Assembly (NCBI GenBank): GCA_951406725.2
Contig: OX597833.1
Span: 31,062,001 to 31,126,000 of the forward strand
DNA from: Octopus vulgaris
Taxonomy: Eukaryota
Reading direction: 5' to 3'
DNA: 64,000 nucleotides
The notes under the pieces were generated by a model. The model ran no database searches, was not told the origin of the DNA, and saw only the letters and a program-made list of their open reading frames with translations. The position numbers and the translations under genes are program-made. Shown one piece after another: positions 13,000 to 26,300 of this stretch (the stretch's first letter is position 1; each line of letters starts with the position of its first letter).

Positions 13000-13888
13000 C
13001 CGACAGCCGCTGTAGGAAAATACCAAAATATTATTAGTCCAAAAAGTGTTTTTAACAGAAATGAAATATCATAAATGTGTTAATAGTACACTTAAAAACT
13101 GTGATAAATTTTGTGATTTCAATGATCTTTTTGATAAATATAATCTTATTAATAATCAGCTATAATATATATAGCAAAATGTAATTAGTCTGAAAACTGT
13201 TTCTCAAAAAGATGAAATGTCACAAATGTGTTAATAATCCACTGAAAAACAAGAAATTTGCATTTGCAATATTATTCATATTTTCAAGCTTATTTGCAAA
13301 ATATTGATATTTTTTTATTGTGAATAATTTTGTGATTTCAGCGATCTCAATAAATATAATCTTTTTGTTAGTCAGCTAACCAAAATGTTATTAGACTGAA
13401 AATTGTTTTTCACAGAAATGACATGTTATAAATGTGTTAATAGTACACCTTAAAACTGTGAGAAGTTTTGTGATTTCAGTGATCTCTTTGATCAATATAA
13501 TCTTATTAATAATCGGCTAAGATATATACACCAAAATATTATTAGTCTGAAAAGTGTTTCTCAAAAAATGAAATTTTTGAGAAACACTAATAACATTTTG
13601 CTATATATATATTAGCCGATTATTTATAAGATTATATTTATCAAAGAGATCACTGAAATGACAAAATTTGTCACAGATTTTAGGTGTGCTATTTATGACA
13701 TCTCATTTCTGTGAAAAACTCTTTTCAATCTAACAGTGGCTGTGTGGTAAGTAGCTTGTCTACCAACCACATGGTTCCGGGTTCAGTCCCACTGCGTGGC
13801 ACCTTGGTCAAGTGTCTTCTTCTATAGCCTCGGGCCAACCAAAGCCTTGCGAGTGGATTTGGTAGACGGAAACTGAAAGAATCCCGTC

Positions 13889-13925
<37 letters not shown>

Positions 13926-14384
13926 TGTGTGTGTTTGTGTGTCTGTGTTTGTGTGTCTGTGTTTGTCCCCAAGCATTGCTTGACAACCGATGCTGGTGTG
14001 TTTATGTCCCCGTTACTTAGCAGTTCGGCAAAAAAGACCGATAGAATAAGTACTGGGCTTACAAAAGAATAAGTCCCGGGGTCAAGTTGCTCGATTAAAG
14101 GCGGTGCTCCAGCATGGCCGCAGTCAAATGACTGAAACAAGTAAAAGAGTAAAAAGAGAGAGTATATGTTAGCCGACTATTAATAAGATTATATTCATCA
14201 AGGAGATCACTGAAATCACAAAATTTCTCACAATACAAAAATGTCAATAGTTTGCAAATAAGGTTGAAAATATGAATAATATTGCAAATGCAAATTTCTT
14301 GTTTTTCAGCGTACTATTAACACATTTGTGACATTTCATTTTTTGAGAAACACTTTTCAGACTAATAACATTTTGCTATATATA
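13000..14384. repeat. ~120-bp AT-rich satellite whose orientation flips at ~13570
   Basis: Repeated taatcttattaataatc(a/g)gcta...ttagtctgaaa...gtgatttca(a/g)tgatct on the left, reverse-complement units on the right. Junction hairpin agtgtttctcaaaaa/tttttgagaaacact at 13553-13588. Confidence 0.75.
13735..14163 (+). mobile_element. tRNA-derived SINE, family A, near full length
   Basis: gtggctgtgtggtaagtagc head, gggttcagtccc B-box, internal (TA)n, tail ggcggtgctccagcatggccgcagtcaaatgactgaaacaagtaaaagag. Confidence 0.85.
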
Positions 14385-15090
14385 TGTAGGAAATACGACC
14401 GTATGTTGATGTTGGCAACATAGGTAAGTCACACGGTCGCATCCCTAATGAAATAAGATAAGCCACAAATACAATTTATACAACGCAGTGCCAACAGAAT
14501 ATAGATTAATGACGATAAGCCGTTCCGCTGTTTGAGAGATAGATAAGATTTTATTTACAATGGTGTTAAGGTTAGAAGGTTGTGAGTGCTAGCAAGTGTT
14601 GTGTATGTGTGCATGCAACACATGTTTGTGTCTGTGTGTTCGTGTGTGTGACAGATACAATGAGGGTGAATGCGTGTGACACTGAAAGTACAGAGCATAG
14701 AGTTAATGATGGAAATTGGTTTACAGTTCATGAGGTACACGAAATGTAAGAGTTCAATATCAAGATGTGTCTCGGGTGGAGACTGGTTGGGCGAATTATT
14801 GTTGAGCCGCGTTCATGGTCTCAATCGCCGAGCTGGTTCGCTTAATATAGAATTCTTCAGATGGACTGTTTCTACTTGGTGAAGGGATTTACTCTAACAG
14901 CGTGGATCTGTGAAGTTGGTGTGTACATGTCTGAAGTGGACGATGGTGATGGCGACGATGGTAGAGACGACTTGAAGTTGGTACAATGATGGTGACGATG
15001 GCAGCGGAGATAGAAAGCGTTCTGTTGCGGGTGTACATTAGCATTGTCGTGGCTGATCGTCTGTCGCTGGAACTGGAACATGTTGAGTAC
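14385..15090 (-). mobile_element. Diverged partial LTR (R/U5 end) of the CsRN1-like family
   Basis: Begins tgtaggaaatacgacc and aligns by eye to 19166-19615, with an extra ~165-bp segment at ~14741-14905. Confidence 0.75.
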
Positions 15091-15600
15091 CTCCTCACAT
15101 TTGCCAATTTGTTCTCGTCCAAATAGGGTCTACTGTCTTGATTCCGTGTTCTCCATATACTGTAAGAGTTTGCGGTGTGTCTCTCTTGAGATGGTCTACC
15201 TAATGCATAGTAGGCCCATTTGTTCCGCTTACATTTTTCTTTCTGTGGTGGTTGTGGTGGTGAACTTGGAGGGCTTGAGTTGGGGAATTTCCCATTCAAG
15301 TGACCATCCATGTCCATATTCGGAGAAGAGTTTGTGCCAGCTGATGACTTTTCGATCCCAGGCTGGCTCTTCCATGGCGGACGCGCTTCCAGATTAACCA
15401 TAGGACAAGCGATTTGGTATACTGATTTAGTTTTCCTTTTAGTTTCCAAAAACATTTTGGTGCTACGATAATGTTATCATTTTTTAGCTCTGAGTGCCTC
15501 GCGGGGAGACGGCCATCATTGCCGTTACAATTATAATCGTACCATTATAGCAGCCGTAGCCAGCCTGTGGTCACTCCTTGTAGTCATAGCAACAGTGTAT
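15091..15600 (-). mobile_element. 5' fragment of an R4/Dong-like non-LTR retrotransposon
   Basis: Translation WAYYALGRP...YSIWRTRNQDSRPYLDENKLANVRR resembles, from memory, the N-terminus of RLE-type LINE ORFs. It is followed by a (TAT)n tract. Confidence 0.5.
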
Positions 15601-15829
15601 TATTATTATTATTTAGAGGAAGGAGTGGGCAGATAGGCAGGATGGCAGGATGGCAGTCATACAGTTAGATATCGTTAGTCTATAAATAGACTCAATAGCG
15701 GTCAGTAGAGGTCAAATATGTGTTTACTACCAACTCACCTTGTGCGTTTTAATTACCGATAGAAAGACAGAGATAAAATATACACACTCACATATATATA
15801 ATTTCTATATATATAAATTGCTTAAATTA

Positions 15830-16335
15830 GTTATCCGGCGGCGTTTAAGAGTGTTCTTGTAGAAATTTCTGGGTTTTTTTCATATTTGGCTATTCACAGT
15901 ACAATGTATATATTAAAGATGATCGTTTGTGCGTGTTTAGCAATTAAAATTTTTTTTTTCATAAGATTGTAGATATTAAAGTTTTTAAAGATGATCATTT
16001 GTGTGTTCGTCCAGAGAAAACTGAATATAATCAAGTTTTTAAGCCTGTAAATTGTTTAAGTAAAGATAGCCAGAGGCGTTTAAGAGTGTTCTTGCAGACA
16101 AATTTTTTTACATATTTGGCTATTCACAGTACAGTGTAGATATTAAAGTTCTTAAAGATGATCATTTGTGTATTCACGGAAAGTTTTACTTTTCACATAA
16201 TATTGTAGATATTAATGTTTTTAAAGATGATCGTTTGTGTGTCCGTCCAGAGAATACTGTAGATAGTCAGGTTTTTAAAGTTATTTAGAATGAGATTTTA
16301 AATACTCACAGAGGTTTTTTGGTTGTAATAGAATG

Positions 16336-16400
<65 letters not shown>

Positions 16401-16650
16401 TGTTTAAGTTGGATAACCGGAGACGTCTAAGAGTTCTTACAGAGAAAAAAGGGATGTTTACATATTTGGCTAGTCAGAGAGAAAAGAAGAGTTTTGGGTA
16501 TTCATAGGAAATTGTAGATATTAGAGTTTTTAAAGATGATTGTTTGTGTGTTCGTCTAGAGAAAATTGTAGATAAGTTCTTAAAGCTAATTAGAATGAGA
16601 TCTTAGGTACTCGCGGAAGATTTTAGATATTCCAGTTTTTAAAAGTTGTT
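15830..16650. repeat. Degenerate tandem repeat with an internal (TA)n tract
   Basis: Recurring ttgtagatattaaagtttttaaagatgatc(a/g)tttgtgtg and catatttggcta motifs, several copies. Confidence 0.65.
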
Positions 16651-16747
16651 TTTCACTTGTAGTAGAATTCCTGTGTCTTCAGCTGCTGACTTGTCAGAGC
16701 AGTGAAAGACACTCCAGCTGCTACCAGGACAGGCTGTTCTTCTTCCT

Positions 16748-17510
<763 letters not shown>

Positions 17511-17559
17511 TATGTATTATATACGTACGTATGTATTGTTCAAAACATTTGACTCATCC

Positions 17560-18780
17560 ACTTGTAGTAGAAAATTCATGAGACTGGAAAATATCAATGA
17601 GCTGATAATTGATATCCTTGGCCATATCATTGATGCATCAAGAAACTGGGATCTTCTTTATAATATTATCGGTTTTTTCGTGCATAACGGTTGACAAAAC
17701 CTCTTCGCTAACCGAGCGAAGTAATGTTTCTCCAATTGTGTGAGATTTCCCAGACATAGCAACAAGCCATGCGGTGTACAATGCAATCAATCCATCATTC
17801 TCCTGCTCACTACTTTCCTGTATTAGCGTGCTGAATGTTTGTATTTGCTTTTTGAAAGAGGCACTCAATTGCAAAAAGTATGACAATGGCTTGTCCTTCT
17901 ACTCAGAATGTTTTGCATCAAAGTGACTCTTCAAGTGTGAAGGTTTCATTGCTTCCCTGGTCAACGTTTGATGGCAATGAAGGCATATTGGTAACTGACA
18001 GTTCTATAGAGAGGGAATAAATCCAAATGATAAATAATCACGATTGTACTATGCTAAATTTTTTGACTGGGGGCATCAGTAAAGTGAAAATGTGAAAATG
18101 AATTTCTATGGATGGCGCCAGAAGTCGATAGAGTAGAGTCAGATGACATGTCTTCGTTTGACTACCAGTATTTGAAGAAATTTTTTTTTTAAAGTTGTAA
18201 ATGTTTGAAGTCTGATAATTTTCACCCAGTCAAAAAGCACGATTTCAAAGCTGTCATTTCGTGAATAACTGCACATTGTGTGAGCATCCTGAAAATAGAA
18301 CTTGTGCTTTGATATGAAACTGTAGAATTATGTACGACACACAACTCCTCATAAGTTTTTTTATTTTCCGGAGTTTTCAGAAATTTTTTGCGAATTTGTA
18401 TTCTACACGCAGGACGTCATACGATTATGTGAAAAAAAATTGTGGTGGAGCGTGATTTAAGGCCTAGGCCTGTTTGGCTGCTAATTTCAGCACATATGAA
18501 AACCATCTCGATGACTGTGCGACAAAAATATTCGGTCGATAACCAAGTCCGCTTGTCTTAATACAAAGAGACGTCTCATCGGTAAAAGTCGAATCGGTAA
18601 AAGTGCATCCTTATTCTAGGCATGCCTAGATATAAATAAATGCAGAATTAATTTCTAAATATTCTTTGCCATTCACAAAATGTTCACATCAACTGCCAAA
18701 ATCTCAAATTGCCTACAATTTTATAGAAATTCACCCATTGCCCACCTGTAAGTTGAAATCGCCCACTTTAGGAAGATATG
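17560..18780 (-). mobile_element. hAT (Charlie/Buster-like) transposon, 5' relic
   Basis: Minus-strand translation shows a BED-finger-like PICLHC...AMKPSHLKSHF..KH and SGKSHTIGETLL. A degenerate terminus catatcttcctaaagtgggcg ends at 18780. Confidence 0.7.
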
Positions 18781-18909
18781 GTCTAATACATTCGTATACG
18801 TTTTTCAATTGAAACATTGAATCATTTTGGACATTTTATTGTTTTAATAGCAAGAGGAAAACTGCGAAAGAAAGAGAGAGAGTGAGAGAGAAAGCTTGAA
18901 GACGCAAAA

Positions 18910-19165
18910 CAATTCCAGTCAATTTCTTTATTAACCATAAGGTTGAGAAAAAGAAGGGATGATACGAGGACTGACAAAACAAACATTGGGGTCAGGGTAT
19001 CGAGTATGAATAAACAATTAAAATATATACAATTAAATAAGAATGTGTAATTTACAGTCAATTTCTTTATAAACAATGAGGTTAAGAAAAGAGGGGGCGG
19101 TACGAGGACAAACAAAACAAACATTGGGGTCAGGGTATCGAATGAGACGAAACGTATGAATAAAC
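18910..19165. repeat. ~140-bp tandem repeat, left part, split by the Gypsy A insertion
   Basis: Unit cagtcaatttcttta...caaaacaaacattggggtcagggtatcga continues at 28971-29175. Confidence 0.8.
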
Positions 19166-19950
19166 TGTAAGAAATACGACCGCACGTGGTCGCATTCTTA
19201 ACGAATTAAGATAAGCCATAAATACAATACAGTGCCAAAAAAACATAGGTGAATGGACGACAAGCTTTACTGTTAGAGATATAGATATTATTTTATTTAC
19301 AATCGTGTTAATGTTAGAAGTTTGTAAGTGTTAGTACGTGTGTGCGTATGCAACACGTGTTTGTGTCTGTGTGTTCGTGTGTGTGACAGATACAATCAGG
19401 GTGAATGCGTGTGGCATAAAAAGTACAGAGCGTAGAGTTAATAATGGAAATTGGTTTACAGTTCGTATGACGGCGATGGTAGAGACGACTTGAAGTTAGT
19501 ACAATGATGGTGACGACGGCGGGGAAGATAGTAGGCTTTCTGCGGTGCTGGATACATGCTGGCGTCGTCGCTGGTTGTAGCAGGAGCAATCGTCTGTCGC
19601 CGGGTTGAGTAGCTCTGTGGTCTGAATATAGTCCTTATAAGGACTAGAACCAAAGACGCAAGTATACTGAAAACACTCCCTTATATACAGGTTAGGAGGC
19701 TCAAACGAGCCTAAGAAATGGGACCTTAACCAAAGGCCGTGATTGGTTGGCTTGGGACAGTGGCGCGAAATAAGTAGAGACAAATCGCGTCACACGTCAA
19801 CCAATCAGGTTAGTGGTTACAACAGGAACAACTCGGCCGAAGATGGCTGTAATCTCAAACGAGATCATTTCTGTCGTGTCTCTCAAACAGTGAGGATATC
19901 AGAGACCGCTACAGCCACATTTCAAAATGGCTGAAACTGCTACTGCTAAA
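19166..19950 (-). repeat. 3' LTR of Gypsy A (785 bp)
   Basis: Near-identical to 28185-28970 (roughly ten substitutions plus small indels, by eye). The terminal TG is mutated to TT on the minus strand. PPT at 19951-19965. Confidence 0.95.
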
Positions 19951-20884
19951 TCAGCCTCTCGCCAGAAAAATTGTTAAAATTTTGCGAAAGGAAATTCGTT
20001 ATACATTTTTTTTTTTACAACCTCTGAATTAATGTTTGCAACATATATACAAATGCATTTATAATTTACATGTTAAACATATGAATTTAGCCTTTCCAAT
20101 ACGGCTTACATTTATCGTGTTCGTATACTGTTCATTTCACTTCACTGGAAAAAAGATTTTCTTTTTTTTTTTGTTTTATATAAAATCCGGTAAAATTACA
20201 GATTAATACCCGCACGATTTTCACTAAGAAAAAAAAAAAAACTCGGATTTTTTGCGTGGAATCAAGTACCCTGACCTCCTAATATGCTGCAAATCCCATA
20301 TTTTGGTCCGGAATTGCTCCGGAAAGGGGGGGGGGGTAACCCCCCCTCGGAATTTTCACAAGGAAAACAAAAAACCCTCAGATTTCTTGCGTGGAATCAA
20401 GTACCCTGACCTCCTAATATGCTGCAAATCCCATATTTTGGTCCGGGAATGGGGGGTAACACCCCTCCCCGGAATTTTCACATGGAAAAAAAAAATCAGA
20501 TTTTTTGCGTGAAATCAAGTAACCTGACCTCAAAAACAAAAAAAAAAACGAATTTTTTAGATACCTTTCTGCTTTTTAAGACAATAAAGTGTTATTGGTG
20601 GGAAATCTGGCTGCTATTTCTAGCTGCCTGAATGACAACATAGCGATTTACAGATAAATGAATTAATTACTATTTTACAGAATAAAATTAATGAATTAAT
20701 TATATAAATTAAATAATTCTTGAAAGTTAATTAATATTAATAATATTTTTTGAACAAAGTAAATAATTTATAAAACTTAAATAATAATTTTTTTTACACA
20801 AACGCGAACGTATATAATTTGTGAAACTTTTTTTTTTTTTACAGACGTATATAATTTGGTAAACTTAATGAATTAATTTCTTCA

Positions 20885-21180
20885 CATCATCATCATCGTT
20901 TAACGTCCGTTCTCCATGCTAGCATGGGTTGGACGGTTCGACCGGGGATCTGGGAAGCCAGAAGGCTGCCAACGGCCACGGTCGGATTGATGCCAGTCGA
21001 GGCGGCTCTGGCATCGGCCACGATTCGGATAGTGCTTTTTACGTACCACCAGTCCAGGGGTCCTGGCATCTGCCGGGTGCCACACTTACCCCAACATGAC
21101 TTCGCAAGCAAAGGGGGTTGGCATGGGTGCCTGTCGTCGGATGAGGTTCAATATCAACTTCGCTTGCCTCAACAGGTCTT
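20885..21180 (-). mobile_element. 5'-truncated LINE 3' tail inside the left foldback arm
   Basis: GC-rich block in an AT-rich arm. On the minus strand it ends cgtccaacccatgctagcatggagaacggacgttaaac(gat)n, a hairpin plus microsatellite tail typical of RTE-like LINE ends. Confidence 0.65.
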
Positions 21181-21652
21181 TGTGTATAAATGTATAAATT
21201 TTTCGCACTAAATTCTTTCCGTAGAATTTATCAAACAACGCGCAAAATTATTCCGTAGAATTTATCAAATTAAAAAACGCAAAATTAATATATTTTTTGA
21301 AATTGCAAATTATTTAGAATATAAAACAAATGAAGTTAAATTTTAAAAATAAATGTCATATACTTATACTCTGTAAGGTGCTGTGTTCACACTTCAATTT
21401 ACTACTTTCTAGAAATGTTGCTTTTCTAATTGAAACCATTTTTTTCAAGCTCCATTTAAAAGTCCATCATGTCTCTTGAGCCATATCAAAATGAACAACT
21501 TTGAATTACGCGGCGGCGGTGGTGGTGGTGGTGGTGTGAGGTTCTAATTTTTTTTTCTGATCTCTCTCTGCCCCCCTCTCTATCTCAAACTAATTTTTGT
21601 GTAGATGGAGGTGTGGTGGGGAGACAGATGAACGATGTCTCATTCTCTGATA

Positions 21653-21712
<60 letters not shown>

Positions 21713-22312
21713 GAACCATTTCTTAAACCTACACGATATAGTCAATAAATTTGGGATGTTTTTGAAAGATAATATATTTTGTCATCAGAATATATATACT
21801 TTCTCACACTACAATTAAGATATATTTATTTTAAATCGTTCATCTTTTCCCGCCACAACAAAAAATGGGCGCGAAAATTTTTCTAAATATCAGCGGAATG
21901 AACAACTGAGATAAAGAGGGGGCAAAGAGAGATCAGAAAAAAAAATTAGAACCTCACACCACCACCACCACCACCGCCGCCGCGTAATTCAAAGTTGTTC
22001 ATTTTGATATGGCTCAAGAGACATGATGGACTTTTAAATGGAGCTTGAAAAAAATGGTTTCAATTAGAAAAGCAACATTTCTAGAAAGTAGTAAATTGAA
22101 GTGTGAACACAGCACCTTACAGAGTATAAGTATATGACATTTATTTTTAAAATTTAACTTCATTTGTTTTATATTCTAAATAATTTGCAATTTCAAAAAA
22201 TATATTAATTTTGCGTTTTTTAATTTGATAAATTCTACGGAATAATTTTGCGCGTTGTTTGATAAATTCTACGGAAAGAATTTAGTGCGAAAAATTTATA
22301 CATTTATACACA

Positions 22313-22608
22313 AAGACCTGTTGAGGCAAGCGAAGTTGATATCGAACCTCATCCGACGACAGGCACCCATGCCAAACCCCTTTGCTTGCGAAGACATGTT
22401 GGGGTAAGTGTGGCACCCGGCAGATGCCAGGACCCCTGGACTGGTGGTACGTAAAAAGCACTATCCGAATCGTGGCCGATGCCAGAGCCGCCTCGACTGG
22501 CACCAATCCGACCGTGGCCGTTGGCAGCCTTCTGGCTTCCCAGATCCCCGGTCGAACCGTCCAACCCATGCTAGCATGGAGAACGGACGTTAAACGATGA
22601 TGATGATG
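22313..22608 (+). mobile_element. Mirror copy of the same LINE 3' tail inside the right foldback arm
   Basis: Reverse complement of 20885-21180 with about four substitutions and the same junctions. Confidence 0.65.
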
Positions 22609-22735
22609 TGAAGAAATTAATTCATTAAGTTTACCAAATTATATACGTCTGTAAAAAAAAAAAGTTTCACAAATTATATACGTTCGCGTTTGTGTAAAAA
22701 AATTATTATTTAAGTTTTATAAATTATTTACTTTG

Positions 22736-22784
22736 ATTATTCTAGTTTCAGCTTATGAGCTGTGGCCATGCTGGGGCACCGCCA
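22736..22784 (-). mobile_element. 49-bp SINE/LINE 3' tail inserted in the right arm only
   Basis: Minus strand ggcggtgccccagcatggccacagctcataagctgaaactaga resembles the SINE A tail. TSD tttg at 22732-22735 and 22785-22788. Absent from the left arm at ~20750. Confidence 0.75.
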
Positions 22785-23391
22785 TTTGTTCAAAAAATAT
22801 TATTAATATTAATTAATTTTCAAGAATTATTTAATTTATATAATTAATTCATTAATTTTATTCTGTTAAATAGTAATTAATTCATTTATCTGTAAATCGC
22901 TATGTTGTCATTCAGGCAGCTAGAAATAGCAGCCAGATTTCCCTCCAATAACACTTTATTGTCTTAAAAAGCAGAAAGGTATCTAAAAAATTCGGGTTTT
23001 TTTGTTTTTGAGGCCAGGTTACTTGATTCCACGCAAAAAATCTGATTTTTTTTCCCATGTGAAAATTCCGGGGGGGGGGTTATCCCCCCCTTTCCGGACA
23101 AAAATATGGGATTTGCAGCATATTAGGAGGTCAGGGTACTTGATTCCAGACAAGAAATCTGAGGGGTTTTTTTTTTCCTTGTGAAAATTCCGAGGGGGGG
23201 GGGGTTACCCCCACCTTTCCGGAGCAATTCCGGACCAAAATATGGGATTTGCAGCATATTAGGAGGTCAGGGTACTTGATTCCACGCAAAAAATCCGAGT
23301 TTTTATTGTTTTCTTAGTGAAAATCGTGCGGGTGTTAATCTGTAATTTTACCTAAAATCCATGAATATAAACCAAATTTTTTTTAAATTCT

Positions 23392-26300
23392 TCAAACAAA
23401 CTGAGAAAGTTTTTTTGGGAAATGTACAATTCTGCCACTTCTAGTCTTTTTCACATCTCTAGGTAATTTTAAAATTGATTTTGTTTTTCCATCAACATCG
23501 GATTTGTTTCTTTGAATATCACTTCGCCTCACGTTATGTTGATACGTGTTGCTCACATCTCCGTTTACATGACCTGAATATTGATCGAAGTAAGCTTTTT
23601 TTACTCTGACGACACTGACAATTTCTTTCTTTCCCTTCATTTCCAAAGTCATAGTTTTGTCTCTAACTGACAAGACTTTAAAAGGTCCGGTGTATTTATA
23701 TTTCAGTGAATTATGAGCTGCATCGTTACGTATGTAGTGATCCTATAACGGTGCGCGCGCGCGCACCGTCCATTTTCTATTTCGCGCGTGCGAGTGTTGG
23801 TGCCTTCACCAAGGCACAGAAAGGAAGGGCCCTCTCGCGCATGCGCGAACCACCGGAAGAACCCTTTTGCCTACGTGGCAGTTAGCGAGGCAAGGGGGTC
23901 GTAGAACGTTTGACCGCTAGCAGCAGCAGCCAACGACTTGGGACAGCAGCGACCGAAGGCGACGGACGTATATTTTCTCGCTGTCCAGCTCTGATAGCAG
24001 TCGGCCGAAGGTTTTCACCAAATTGTTGCAGACCACATCAACATAATGACGGACGCCATCTTTAACCCGTTCTGATTTTTGCGGCTGAACATTGTAAATA
24101 TTACAATCGATTAACTTTCAGCCTTGCGCGCCCAGAACCAAGGACACCAGATAACCACTTATTGTTACTGTTACCACATTAGAGAATAAAGTAGTATATA
24201 TATCTTTTACGTCTGCGTCTTGTTGTTTCTGACTGGTAGAATTCTGGATTATTAAAGCAACGGCTAGTGATAGCTTTCTTGTACCCCGAAAGTACAAGAG
24301 AATATTATTCACACTAAGTTCGTTACACGTACAAATACATGTGTCCAAGATTTTATATAAGAAGGAACGAAGCTTTTAACATTCTGCAACTTTCTTGTAA
24401 AAGAAGGAATATCAGTAAGAAATCTTTTTAGACGAGTTACATAATCATTAACATCTACATCAAAAAAATTAGTTTCTTTTGAGCAGGTAGAGTTAATGTT
24501 GTTCCATACAAAAGTTCAGCCGGAGAATATTGTATATTTTCTTTAACGGCACTTCTAATTCCTAACAATACTACTGGTAAGGCTTCTAGCAAACTGTTAG
24601 AATCAGAATAAGTTCTTAATGAAGATTTCAACTGCCTATGGAACCTTTCTACCATTCCGTTAGATTGTGGGTGATATGAAGTTGTACGAAAACTATTAAT
24701 ACCCAACAATTTATTGAATTCTGCGAACAGTCTAGACTCAAATTGTCTACCACGATCTGTTGTCACTGTATTTGGGATGCCAAATTTAGACATCCAATTG
24801 GTAAATAAGGTTTTTGCTATAGTTACTGCAGATACGTCTTTTATCCGATAAGCCTCGGGCCATCTCGAAAAGCGATCGATACACGTCAACAAATACATAT
24901 TATCCTCACATGGAGTTAAAGGTCCAACTATATCAATGTGGATATGTTGGAATCTCGCATCCGGATTTGCAAATGTACCTAATGGTGCTTTGATATGACG
25001 CTGTACTTTTGATTTTTGACATTGCAATACATAACTTAACCCAAGAACGAATATCTTTATTCATACCAGGCCAAACAAAACGACTTGATATTAACTTTAA
25101 CGAAGCCTCTATACCTGGATGAGATAAATTATGTAAGCTAGAAAAAACATTTTTTCTATGCTTTTCAGGCACAAATGGTCTCAAAAAACCTGTAGAAATA
25201 TCACACCAAATATGTGAATTACACGAATGGATCGGCAACATTTTAAATTTTAAAGAAGTGGAATCCGAATTTTTATATAAAGAAAATTCTTTATCTGCAA
25301 CGATCCTTAGACATTTCTTCCAAATTTATATTATTTAATGAGTTTAATGCATCTACATTCATTCTAGAAAGTGCATCTGCTGCTGAATTTTCAACACCCT
25401 TGATATAACGTATATCCACCGTAAACTGTGAAATAAAATCAAGGTGTCTAATTTCTCTAGGAGAATATTTCTCCGAAGAACTTCTTAACGCATATGTTAA
25501 TGGTTTATGGTCAGTGAATAAAATAAATTACCTACCTTCAAGAAGATGTCTGAAATTGACAAATAAGCTGCCAACAATTCTCTGCCGAACACACTGTATT
25601 TAGTTTCTGGTGCCTTGAATTTTTTTGAAAAAAATGCTAATGGTTGCCAGAAATTACAATGAAATTGCTGTAGAACGCCACCGATTCCAACATCGGAAGC
25701 ATCAACCATCAATGATAATTTCGCTTCAGGAACCTGATGGTTTAAAAGCGTTGCTTTACACAGTTTCTCTTTAATTTCTTTAAAAGCTTGTAATTCTGTT
25801 TCTTTTAAAGTTATGGCTTCATTTTTTTCTTTCTATTTTTCAATAGCTCAGTTAAGGGATATAGGGTTTCCGTAACTTTAGGAATAAACTTTATGTAAAA
25901 ATTCACTATCCCTAAAAATTCTCTGAGCTTCCTTAAATTATTCGGTACAGGAAAGTTTTTTATTGCTTCAACTTTTTCTGGTAATGGGCGAATTCCATCT
26001 TTATCTATAAGATGACCCAAAAAAGATATAGTTGTTTCACCAAAAACACACTTCGATGGATTTATCACAATGCCAAAATTCGTCAATCTTTCGAAAAAAT
26101 TTTTTAAATGTTCTTCATGTGTTTCTTCTGACGGACTAGCAATGAGAATATCATCTATATAAGCAAATACGAAAGGTAAATCTCGTGTTACTTCGTCCAT
26201 GAATCTTTGAAAAGTATTTGCTGCGTTCCTCACTCCGAAAGGCATGCGAAGAAATTCAAATAAACCAAATGGAGTGGTAATGGCTGTCTTCGGTATATCA

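Larger units (their letters stand above)
20189..23352. mobile_element. Non-autonomous foldback DNA transposon with ~1.4-kb inverted arms and 8-bp TSD (Merlin-like termini, MULE not excluded)
   Basis: Ends GGTAAAATTACAGATT / AATCTGTAATTTTACC. TSD taaaatcc at 20181-20188 and 23353-23360. Arms 20189-21587 and 21907-23352, spacer ~320 bp with (TA)n. Subterminal ~120-130-bp repeats. A homologous empty site is at ~12020-12050. Confidence 0.9.

Noticed and set aside
13000-14384. Regularly spaced repeats suggesting a CRISPR array
   Set aside because: Eukaryotic satellite with degenerate whole-unit repeats, no unique spacers and no cas genes.
19314-19934. ORFs repeated at 28415-28954
   Set aside because: Incidental frames within the paired LTRs.
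20893-22600. Mirror-image ORF pairs that look like duplicated genes
   Set aside because: They are translations of the LINE tail copied in both foldback arms.
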